Positions 19,811-27,871 of a stretch of 64,000 nt of DNA are shown here, one piece after another. Every line of letters starts with the position of its first letter. Positions within the stretch are counted from its first letter, which is position 1. The notes under the pieces were generated by a model. That model saw only the letters and a program-made list of their open reading frames with translations, did not search any database and was not told the origin of the DNA. This stretch comes from Patescibacteria group bacterium (GTDB taxonomy: Bacteria; Patescibacteriota; Minisyncoccia; Phycocordibacterales; PALSA-1337), in contig JBBTRA010000007.1 of assembly GCA_038065415.1 (NCBI GenBank), forward strand, positions 34,615 to 98,614, given 5' to 3'. The position numbers were made by a program, and so were the translations under genes.

Positions 19811-20773
19811 ATGAAAAACATATATACAAAGTACGCGTTATATTCGGTCATCGCACTGGCCGTCGTAGGTTTCGCACCCTCGACCGCTCGAGCCGATGAT
19901 GCATGTCTTTTCTTCGGCGACTTGAGCACGGGTTCAGTCGGCGAAGAAGTTCGTTGTCTACAGAAATACCTGAACAAGAACGGATACATTATATCCAGCT
20001 CCGGTCCAGGATCTATGGGAAGTGAGACCAGCTCGTTTGGAGAGAAAACTCGGGAGGCGGTAAAGAAGTGGCAGACTGCCGCAGGTATCTATCCTGCAAC
20101 GGGCACATTTGGTCCGCTGTCACGCACCACCTATCAAGCTGAGATCAAGAAAAGTACACCAACCCCTTCACCAACCACGACACTGTCGCCATCTGGTACA
20201 ACAACTGTAGTACCCGTAATTTCGACCCCTGTTACAGTACCAACACCTGTAGCAACTCCATCAGCAAGCGAAACAGCTATCCGCAAACTGCTCAAGAGCG
20301 TATACAGCCAGCTGGAAGACGCGATCGATGAGGTAGATGACGCAGAAGACGAAGGAGATAACACCGCTGAAGAAATAGAAGACATGCGAGACCTTCTCGA
20401 AAAAGCCGAGGATCGCTTGGTAGAGGCTGTCATGGCGTACATAGAGGAAGATATCGAAGAAGCGACTGATCTTGCAGAAAAAGCAGAGAAGTATGCAGAG
20501 GAAGCCGTCGAAGATATATCGAGCGGCGAAGATAAGGAAGATGCCGAACAAGCTCTCGAAGACGCTGACGAGGCTATAGACGATGCGCGTGATGAAATCG
20601 TGGCAGCTGAAGACGATGGTGATGATGTGGATGATGCACGTGACCTCTACGATGATGCGCGTGACAAGTATGATGATGCCCAGGAAGCGTTCGATGATGA
20701 AGATTATGAGGATGCCATCGAGCTTGCAGAAGAAGCACAGGATCTCGCTAATGAAGCTATCGACGAACTCTAA
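19811..20773 (+). CDS. secreted protein with a peptidoglycan-binding domain, a Thr/Pro linker, and a highly acidic D/E-rich repetitive C-terminus
   Basis: Signal peptide, then a PG_binding_1-like segment (GEEVRCLQKYLNKNGY...EAVKKWQTAAGI), then TPTPSPTTT, then about 170 aa of D/E-rich sequence with repeated DDARD motifs. Confidence 0.6.
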   Translation: MKNIYTKYALYSVIALAVVGFAPSTARADDACLFFGDLSTGSVGEEVRCLQKYLNKNGYIISSSGPGSMGSETSSFGEKTREAVKKWQTAAGIYPATGTFGPLSRTTYQAEIKKSTPTPSPTTTLSPSGTTTVVPVISTPVTVPTPVATPSASETAIRKLLKSVYSQLEDAIDEVDDAEDEGDNTAEEIEDMRDLLEKAEDRLVEAVMAYIEEDIEEATDLAEKAEKYAEEAVEDISSGEDKEDAEQALEDADEAIDDARDEIVAAEDDGDDVDDARDLYDDARDKYDDAQEAFDDEDYEDAIELAEEAQDLANEAIDEL

Positions 20774-20997
20774 TTCCCCACAGAACTAGACACTATAGGT
20801 TTCGTACCTGACTTCTCCCCTACTCTCAATAAAGCTCTTCAGCATCTTGTTCTCAGAGTACAGCCGGAATAGAGCTCCAAACAAAAAGGCGATATTTATC
20901 GCCACCAGGGCATATAAGGCGTGTTTTGTGTATTTCATGATGTCGGGTTACTGACGAGGGTATAGCCAAGGTCTTACATTGCCACCCATCCAGAATC

Positions 20998-21030
20998 ATT
21001 GCATGAAAATCGTCGGCACATGCCGACGAT
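20998..21030. terminator. perfect palindromic hairpin (AAAATCGTCGGCA-CATG-TGCCGACGATTTT); bidirectional intrinsic terminator
   Basis: 14-bp perfect stem flanked by an A-run and a T-run, sitting between convergent transcription units. Confidence 0.55.
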
Positions 21031-21062
21031 TTTCAGTACAAGACCATTTTCTATCAATCCTG

Positions 21063-21134
21063 TGCCCTCAGTAGGAATCGAACCTACATTGCAAGATCCG
21101 CAATCTTGCGTCCTATCCATTGAACGATGAGGGC
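21063..21134 (-). tRNA. tRNA-Arg with anticodon GCG (an unusual bacterial anticodon)
   Basis: Manual fold: acceptor GCCCTCA/TGAGGGC, anticodon stem CAAGA/TCTTG, loop TTGCGGA, T-loop TTCGATT. Confidence 0.65.
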
Positions 21135-21145
21135 AGGAGGCAACC

Positions 21146-21409
21146 TTACGCGAGTTTCTTCAAAGCGGCCATCACGCGAGACTTGGTACGTGACGACGTG
21201 TTGGCCTTGATGAATCCTGTCTTTACTGCCTTGTCGAGTGCCTGATAGATAGATGGAACGAGCTTCTCTGCTGAAACCTTGTTCTTGGCAACAAGAAGCT
21301 TGCGGAATTCCTTCATATTCTTCTCAATCGCAGACTTGCGGCGGAGATTGAAGACGCGCTTCTTCTTGGATGCGCGGAGTGCTTTGTGAGCTGATGAGGT
21401 AATAGGCAT
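21146..21409 (-). CDS. rpsT: 30S ribosomal protein S20
   Basis: MPITSSAHKALRASKKKRVFNLRRKSAIE... The start is taken at the internal Met. Confidence 0.85.
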   Translation of the reverse strand: MPITSSAHKALRASKKKRVFNLRRKSAIEKNMKEFRKLLVAKNKVSAEKLVPSIYQALDKAVKTGFIKANTSSRTKSRVMAALKKLA

Positions 21410-21488
21410 AAGTTGTTGTATGTGAGAGAAAGGTACCATATTGGACAAAAGAAGTAAAGAACCTTACCAAATCTGATATACTACCCCC

Positions 21489-22073
21489 ATGATTTCCTAC
21501 CTTCGCGGCCCCATCCTAGAAACAGGTAACCGATACGCTGTACTAGACATGAACGGTATCGGCTATAAGGTGTACACCACGGACGACACCATCCACACCT
21601 TGAATGTAGGCCAGGATGTCGTCTTTTGGGCTCATACGATCGTTCGCGAAGATGCGCTCGATCTCTATGGATTCACTTCCAAGAAAGAGCGCTCTTTCTT
21701 TGAGCTTCTCATCGGTGTATCTGGTATCGGCCCGAAAAGCGCCCTGAATATACTCTCGCTCGTCTCAGCGGACACACTGGCCAGCTCTATCCGTACCGGT
21801 TCAGTCGCACACCTGGTCAAAGTCTCAGGTATTGGTAGGAAGACCGCAGAGAAGATTGTTCTCGAACTCAAAGACAAGCTCGCTGGAGCCTCTTTCCATT
21901 CCGATGACCCTGCTCTCTCCGCAGGTATGTCGAGTGATATGGACGCCCTCGAAGCACTCAAGGCACTTGGATATGAGACAGATGAAGCGCGTGAAGCTCT
22001 CAAAAAAATTCCTGCAGATATTTCTGATACAGGCAAGAAGGTGAAGGCGGCGTTGAAAGAGTTGGGAAGATGA
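21489..22073 (+). CDS. ruvA: Holliday junction branch-migration complex subunit RuvA
   Basis: MISYLRGPI...ELLIGVSGIGPKSALNILS with helix-hairpin-helix motifs. Confidence 0.9.
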   Translation: MISYLRGPILETGNRYAVLDMNGIGYKVYTTDDTIHTLNVGQDVVFWAHTIVREDALDLYGFTSKKERSFFELLIGVSGIGPKSALNILSLVSADTLASSIRTGSVAHLVKVSGIGRKTAEKIVLELKDKLAGASFHSDDPALSAGMSSDMDALEALKALGYETDEAREALKKIPADISDTGKKVKAALKELGR

Positions 22074-23365
22074 GCCATACTGTACCCATTATGCTCGACA
22101 CCGCTCTCGCACAGATTCGCCGCCATATACCTACAAAGGTTTTTTCACGCCTACAGGGGCCCTATCACTGGACGCTCTCATTTCTCGCTGCATTGTGGTA
22201 CCGGTTCCCTTCTCGCAAGATCAAGATCATTGCCGTTACCGGCACCAAGGGTAAGAGTTCAACTGTGGAAATCTTGAATGCCATCCTCGAAGAAGCGGGC
22301 TACAAGACCGCAATTTCAAATACCATCCGTTTCAAAGTCGGGGATATATCTTCAGAGAATCTCTACAAAATGAGCATGCCGGGCAGGTTCTTCGTACAAA
22401 AAATCATCAGGAAAGCGGTTAACAACGGTTGCCAATACCTCATCATGGAGATGACGTCTCAAGGAGCACTTCTGCATCGTCATCGCTGGATCGAACTCGA
22501 CGCATTCATCTTCACCAACCTCTCCCCTGAACATATCGAAGCGCATGGATCGTACGAAAACTACGCTCAATCCAAACTCTCTATCGCGCGACAGCTCGGC
22601 AAATCAAAAAAAGAAAACCGTACGCTTGTCGTGAATGCAGATGATGCGGCATCCGATCGCTTCATGGAATGCGATGCCGATCGTAAGACAAGCTACAGTA
22701 TCCACGATGTCGAACCGTATGAGGTCAAAAAAGCGGGTCTCGAGTTCACTCTCGACGGCAGACGCATCCGCTCGCATCTCTCGGGACTTTTCAATCTGTA
22801 CAACATAACCGCAGCGATCACAGCGGCTCGCAGCCAAGGTGTAACGACCGACGAGATGGTTCGAGCAATTGAAGGATTCTCGGGAATACCCGGACGAGTA
22901 CAAAAAATCGAGGCGGGGCAAGACTTTAGTGTCATCGTCGATTATGCACACACTGCTGACTCCCTCGAAAAGCTATATCAGGTCTTCCAATCATCCAGAA
23001 ACATCTGTGTCCTCGGGGGCACCGGAGGAGGTCGCGATACGAGTAAACGCGCTGTAATGGGCAAGATTGCAGACACTTATTGCAATGAAATCATACTCAC
23101 TGATGAGGATCCGTACGATGAGGATCCACAGAAGATCGTCAACGAGGTCGCTTCCGGCATCACCTCGCAGAAACCAACGATCATCATTGATCGCCGTGAG
23201 GCTATTCGTGAGGCTATTCGCCGGGCAAAAACTGGAGACACCGTCCTCATCACAGGCAAAGGAACAGATCCGTATATCATGGGTCCAAAAAATTCAAAAA
23301 CCCCTTGGAGCGATGCGCGAATAGCACGAGAAGAGATAGAGAAGATCCTAAATACTCTTCACTGA
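22070..23365 (+). CDS. Mur ligase-family protein (MurE-like)
   Basis: IIAVTGTKGKSST P-loop, and a C-terminal DNPR-like motif (LTDEDPYDEDPQKI). Confidence 0.6.
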   Translation: MSHTVPIMLDTALAQIRRHIPTKVFSRLQGPYHWTLSFLAALWYRFPSRKIKIIAVTGTKGKSSTVEILNAILEEAGYKTAISNTIRFKVGDISSENLYKMSMPGRFFVQKIIRKAVNNGCQYLIMEMTSQGALLHRHRWIELDAFIFTNLSPEHIEAHGSYENYAQSKLSIARQLGKSKKENRTLVVNADDAASDRFMECDADRKTSYSIHDVEPYEVKKAGLEFTLDGRRIRSHLSGLFNLYNITAAITAARSQGVTTDEMVRAIEGFSGIPGRVQKIEAGQDFSVIVDYAHTADSLEKLYQVFQSSRNICVLGGTGGGRDTSKRAVMGKIADTYCNEIILTDEDPYDEDPQKIVNEVASGITSQKPTIIIDRREAIREAIRRAKTGDTVLITGKGTDPYIMGPKNSKTPWSDARIAREEIEKILNTLH

Positions 23366-24604
23366 ATATAGACCATTGAGCTTCTCTACAGTTTTCGGTC
23401 CTACTGATCCTGTACGCTCAAGACCATATTTACCTTGAAATGCCTTAATCGCCTCTTTGGTACACGGTCCAATTTTGCCCGTACGCGGACAGTCGTTCTT
23501 ACTCTTATTTGATGGAGGATACACACCATCGACGAGGAGGGCGGTTTGAAGCGCATACACATCTTGGGATGCGCGGGCATTCTCCGCTATCGCACCGTTC
23601 CATGTATACGGAAGTACCAGCGTGTCATAGGCTGATGCCGCCATCGTTGTCTTGCCAGGGTTGAAGAAATCCTCAAGGCCAAGATACGTCTGGTACGCCA
23701 AGTCCCTGATAGCGAGTGGTCGCGACTCTGGATCTACGATCTGCGGCTCATATATATACGCGTATTCAATGAGTAGACTTGCCGCATCTGCAGTGTCATT
23801 TGCCCCGATCGCAATCAACTCACGCTCATCGACGATGCCTGTCGATTCACCCGCAAGATCCGAAACTGCGTTGTATTTACCCAACCGTTTGAATATTGTC
23901 TCTGCCACCGCACGCGTAGTTGTGCTGTTGGTATATTGCGCCTCAGGCACATATATAGAGAACCCGCTATACTCGCCAGGAACTTTCCAGCCATGTCCTG
24001 GATAATCATTGAAATGAATATGTATAGCAATATCGACCCCGTGTTCATTGGACCATTTGGTGATGCCGTAGAGACGGTACGCAACATCATTCGGAGCCGC
24101 ATTGTGCTGCACCTTGGGCACAAAGTCGGTATGGCTAAATTGGGCGACGCGGCGCAGCGATTCTTCTTTGTGCGCCTTTTGCCACTCGACAATACTGTTC
24201 CACTGGTCTTTGAAATACGTCTGGAAGGTAGGGTCCCATGCCGTTTGAGTACGTGGCACGATGACTTCATACTTACTGTTGTTTCGAAGGAATTTGGCGA
24301 GTTCGTCTGCAAGTTGAACCGTGAGGTCGCGCTCCTTGAGGCTTCCAAACTCCGCTCCACCATAGCTAGGCTCGTGACCAGGCATGAGAAGAATGCGTAT
24401 CTTTGCAGTTCCCCGTTCTGCATCAATAGAATATTTCTGCTGCAACTGAGCAACTGTGCGTGGATTGCGCGTCACTACAGCCGCCAACTGACCGCCCACA
24501 TCTTGGATGCTCGCCAAAATCCGAGCTGCCTGTTCGGGAAATTGCGTCGCCAGCCACGGTGTCAAGAAAAAACTTATGAGTATGGCAATGGCGATATAGT
24601 GGCG
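23348..24604 (-). CDS. N-acetylmuramoyl-L-alanine amidase (Amidase_3-like) with a C-terminal peptidoglycan-binding domain
   Basis: ILLMPGHEPSYGGAEF and VDIAIHIHFND in the catalytic part, and a PG_binding_1-like C-terminus (KEAIKAFQGKYGLERTGSVGPKT). Confidence 0.65.
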   Translation of the reverse strand, partial: RHYIAIAILISFFLTPWLATQFPEQAARILASIQDVGGQLAAVVTRNPRTVAQLQQKYSIDAERGTAKIRILLMPGHEPSYGGAEFGSLKERDLTVQLADELAKFLRNNSKYEVIVPRTQTAWDPTFQTYFKDQWNSIVEWQKAHKEESLRRVAQFSHTDFVPKVQHNAAPNDVAYRLYGITKWSNEHGVDIAIHIHFNDYPGHGWKVPGEYSGFSIYVPEAQYTNSTTTRAVAETIFKRLGKYNAVSDLAGESTGIVDERELIAIGANDTADAASLLIEYAYIYEPQIVDPESRPLAIRDLAYQTYLGLEDFFNPGKTTMAASAYDTLVLPYTWNGAIAENARASQDVYALQTALLVDGVYPPSNKSKNDCPRTGKIGPCTKEAIKAFQGKYGLERTGSVGPKTVEKLNGLYSVKSI

Positions 24605-24690
24605 CATGTTGAGTATAGTATAGCAGAGACCCCGCCTGCGGGGTCTCTGAATAACTTGCACATCGTGCACTTTTGGACTTTACTTAGCTC

Positions 24691-25611
24691 ATGCCCGAAC
24701 TCCCCGAAGTACAAACAACCGTGAATGGTTTGCAAGAACATGTCGTGGGCCTGCGCATCACGGATGTGTGGTCTGACTACAATAGTCCCCACTTCAAAGG
24801 ATCTGCCACCATCAAAGATCCCCTCTATTTCGCACGGATCAAGAAGCGGATCATCGACACCACGATAATTTCCGCCTCTCGTCGAGCCAAGAATATATTG
24901 ATCGGACTATCTAACGGATGCACCCTACTCGTGCATCTCAAGATGACCGGGCACCTGCTTTATGGCCAATACCGATTCAACACTACCAAGAAAAAAGATC
25001 CCTGGGAGGCAATCACGCCGGAATCTCTGAAGGATCCATATAACAAGCATGTACATTTCGTGCTGTCCTTCTCCAATAAAAAATACTTGGCACTTTCGGA
25101 CGTACGTAAATTTGCCAAGGTGACACTGATCGAAGCGGGCATGTCGGCTGAATCAGATCACCTTCACAACATCGGTCCTGAGCCCTTGGAGAATAAGTTC
25201 GACTTCGATGCATTCGTCGCCAGGATCAATCTCCGGCCAAGTGGAAAAATAAAGCAGGTCCTCATGAATCAACAGATCATCGCTGGTATCGGCAATATTT
25301 ATGCCGATGAGTCTCTATGGCGCACAGGGGTGCATCCAGCGCAAAAAGTATCTGACATATCAGCGAAGGACCTGAGACTTCTCTTTGTGGCCATCAAACA
25401 AACACTATCGAGGGGCATAGATTTTGGGGGTGATTCCACTTCAGATTACCGCAATATTCACGGAAACAAGGGTGAATTTCATGAAAGTCATCATGCATAT
25501 CGGCGCACAGGCACACCATGTGACAAGAAAGGTTGTGATGGAACTATTGTACGTATCGTGCTCGGCGGTAGAGGCACACATTTTTGCGACAAACATCAAC
25601 GATTGAGGTGA
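24691..25611 (+). CDS. mutM: formamidopyrimidine-DNA glycosylase (Fpg/MutM)
   Basis: N-terminal MPELPEV and a C-terminal zinc finger (CDKKGCDGTIVRIVLGGRGTHFCDKHQ). Confidence 0.9.
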   Translation: MPELPEVQTTVNGLQEHVVGLRITDVWSDYNSPHFKGSATIKDPLYFARIKKRIIDTTIISASRRAKNILIGLSNGCTLLVHLKMTGHLLYGQYRFNTTKKKDPWEAITPESLKDPYNKHVHFVLSFSNKKYLALSDVRKFAKVTLIEAGMSAESDHLHNIGPEPLENKFDFDAFVARINLRPSGKIKQVLMNQQIIAGIGNIYADESLWRTGVHPAQKVSDISAKDLRLLFVAIKQTLSRGIDFGGDSTSDYRNIHGNKGEFHESHHAYRRTGTPCDKKGCDGTIVRIVLGGRGTHFCDKHQRLR

Positions 25612-26072
25612 AAAAGGATGATTCCGGTAACGACTGATACATTCAAGGACTCTTTCTTCCCTTTCATCGGTATCTCAATGATCATATCAGACCGTTTCAA
25701 AAGTTCTTCCGATACACCACCCATCTCGTTACCCAGAATCACCGCTAGCTTGGTATTTTTATCAGAAAAAGAAATATCCCGATAATCAACAGACCTTCTG
25801 TCCTGCTCAAGCGCAACTATACTGAACCCGTCTTTCTTAAGTGTTTTTATAAGCTTAACCCCATCTTCACTGTGCTCCCATGCAACGGCATCCTCGGCAC
25901 CCAATGAGACTTTTGCAACATCCCTTCTCTTCCTACCAAATCGGTCTACAGGAGCCGGAGTGGTGCCAATACAATAGATCTTCGAGACACCAGCAGCATC
26001 AGCGGTGCGAAAAATGGATCCAACATTGTGGGTGCTGCGGATATTGTCGAGAATGAGACGGGTGTCTGGCAT
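25596..26072 (-). CDS. SpoU-class RNA 2'-O-methyltransferase (TrmL/TrmH-like)
   Basis: 158-aa SPOUT protein: NVGSIFRTADAAGV...LGNEMGGVS...IPM. Confidence 0.7.
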   Translation of the reverse strand: MPDTRLILDNIRSTHNVGSIFRTADAAGVSKIYCIGTTPAPVDRFGRKRRDVAKVSLGAEDAVAWEHSEDGVKLIKTLKKDGFSIVALEQDRRSVDYRDISFSDKNTKLAVILGNEMGGVSEELLKRSDMIIEIPMKGKKESLNVSVVTGIILFHLNR

Positions 26073-26123
26073 ATTTCAATATATACCATATAATGCTAGT
26101 CTACTACCAATAACTACCCCGCC

Positions 26124-26492
26124 ATGCTTTCCCTATTTCCTTCATTGCTCTCATACGAACAGCTCGCACCTTTCATCCTGCGCGTAGTGCTCGGCGTAAC
26201 CCTGGCATATTTCGGTTACCAGAAAATGCTCGGCAAAGGTGGCAGCTCCGGCAGTAACAGCAAAATATACGGTGGCGCTGAGATCCTCGTCGCAGTTTTC
26301 CTCATCATCGGCCTCTGGACCCAGCTCGCCGCCCTCCTCAACGCGATCATCCTGGTCATCAAGCTCGGATTCAAGATTCGCGATAAGGCATTCCTTACCG
26401 GAGGTATCAACTATTACCTACTTCTTCTCGCTATGGCAGTCTCTGTCATGCTCACCGGCGCTGGCTGGTTCGCGTTTGATTTGCCGCTCTAG
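26124..26492 (+). CDS. DoxX-family membrane protein
   Basis: 122 aa with 3-4 TM helices and a DoxX-like N-terminus (LRVVLGVTLAYFGYQK). Confidence 0.65.
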   Translation: MLSLFPSLLSYEQLAPFILRVVLGVTLAYFGYQKMLGKGGSSGSNSKIYGGAEILVAVFLIIGLWTQLAALLNAIILVIKLGFKIRDKAFLTGGINYYLLLLAMAVSVMLTGAGWFAFDLPL

Positions 26493-26608
26493 TATTTGAC
26501 TAGCAGGTAAAAATGCTAGTATATTGTGAGCTACACGCCCATACATGCATTTGGGTGCTGCGCTCGGGCCCAAAGCCCGAACAAGTTCGGTTTTTGTTTC
26601 CCTCGCTT

Positions 26609-26681
26609 GCGCCCATAGCTCAGTCGGTAGAGCAACTCCCTTTTAAGGAGTGGGTCGTTGGTTCGATTCCAACTGGGCGCA
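26609..26681 (+). tRNA. tRNA-Lys (anticodon TTT)
   Basis: Manual fold: acceptor GCGCCCA/TGGGCGC, D-loop AGTCGGTA, anticodon loop CTTTTAA, T-loop TTCGATT. Confidence 0.85.
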
Positions 26682-26727
26682 CAGAACTAGTTGATGTATT
26701 TTGAGCAAAATAAAAATCCCCAACTCC

Positions 26728-27078
26728 TTACTGTGCAGGAAGTTGCGGGAATTCAGCACCAGGCAAGCCGCGCAAGTTAGCAATAAGTTTTCTCACGGTA
26801 AAATCATGCAAATGAGCGAAGCTCATGACACATTCCATGAGATCTGTCACCGGCGCGTCTCGATTGAAGTGATGCACCAAACCACGTTTTGTTAGCCGCA
26901 AAGTACTCAGTCGCTCACCATCAACTTCACTATAACTGTGACAAATCACAACATCCTCAATGAGATCTGCGACTTCTGGGCACGCGATGAGCTCTTGTAA
27001 CAATGGGACTATTTTCTCAGCTTCAACAAGACGACGCTGGTGCGCTTCGTCTTGTTGCTTATGTGTCAAAATCCGCAT
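26728..27078 (-). CDS. hypothetical protein (possible HEPN-like R-x4-H motif)
   Basis: 116-aa ORF located between holA and tRNA-Lys; contains an RGLVHH segment. Confidence 0.3.
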   Translation of the reverse strand: MRILTHKQQDEAHQRRLVEAEKIVPLLQELIACPEVADLIEDVVICHSYSEVDGERLSTLRLTKRGLVHHFNRDAPVTDLMECVMSFAHLHDFTVRKLIANLRGLPGAEFPQLPAQ

Positions 27079-27132
27079 ACGATACTCCTCCTGAAAAAAA
27101 TTAAACCACGCCCTATAAAAAAATGCAATGAT

Positions 27133-27864
27133 TTATTTCAACCCCAACATCACTCTCTCCACCGCCAACTCAGCATCGCACACTCCTCGATGGGCATCAT
27201 GATAGACCGTTATAAGCTTCTCTGTAAGTGAGTTCAACTCCCCTTCACTATAGTTACCCGCAGCTTTCTTTGCTTTTGAAAAGACGAACGGACTCAATCC
27301 CGACTCGCTCGCACTCTTCGCCCGCGCCGCTAACTTCATAGACTTCATCTGCCAAAACAGAGTGCCGATGATATTCTCTGGCTCTGTTCCCTTGTCGACA
27401 GCTTCTCTATATACAGACCATGCCCTGAACGGATCTCGTGCCCCCACCGCATCAGCCAAAGCGAATATATTGAATTCCCCCGAACTTGCACCAAAACCTT
27501 TCGCCACCTCCTTCTTCTCAGTCTCAACCATCTTTTCTGCCGATTTTTCAAAAGCCTTTTTCAACTCCGCATTCAACTTCCCTTCAAGCACGATAAATAT
27601 ATTCGTTGATTCACCCATGACCGGTGCAAAGTCTGCAAATAATTCCTTCGCTTCAACATTCTCGGTCACACGATCAAGAAAAATAATATATTTGTTCGAG
27701 AATAATCCCTGTCCACCGATATGTTCCTCGATGATGGAGGGAGACCACTGAGCCGCCTCGACACGCACATATGACGCATCGGGCTTCTTGGCGCGCAATG
27801 AAGCAACAAGGGAGGTTGCTTTGGTGACTGCGGCTGGCGTATCGGTTCCGTGAAAGACGTAGAG
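27133..27864 (-). CDS. holA: DNA polymerase III delta subunit (HolA)-like
   Basis: Length and N-terminal pattern (YVFHGTD...) consistent with HolA, and it sits next to polA. The start is taken at the internal Met to avoid overlapping polA. Confidence 0.5.
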   Translation of the reverse strand, partial: LYVFHGTDTPAAVTKATSLVASLRAKKPDASYVRVEAAQWSPSIIEEHIGGQGLFSNKYIIFLDRVTENVEAKELFADFAPVMGESTNIFIVLEGKLNAELKKAFEKSAEKMVETEKKEVAKGFGASSGEFNIFALADAVGARDPFRAWSVYREAVDKGTEPENIIGTLFWQMKSMKLAARAKSASESGLSPFVFSKAKKAAGNYSEGELNSLTEKLITVYHDAHRGVCDAELAVERVMLGLK

Positions 27865-27871
27865 CATATAG

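Noticed and set aside
23815-24724. Two long ORFs (212 aa minus in another frame, and 262 aa plus) overlapping the amidase gene
   Set aside because: The amidase frame has clear Amidase_3 and PG-binding motifs. The alternative frames are Arg/Ser/Cys-rich with no motifs.
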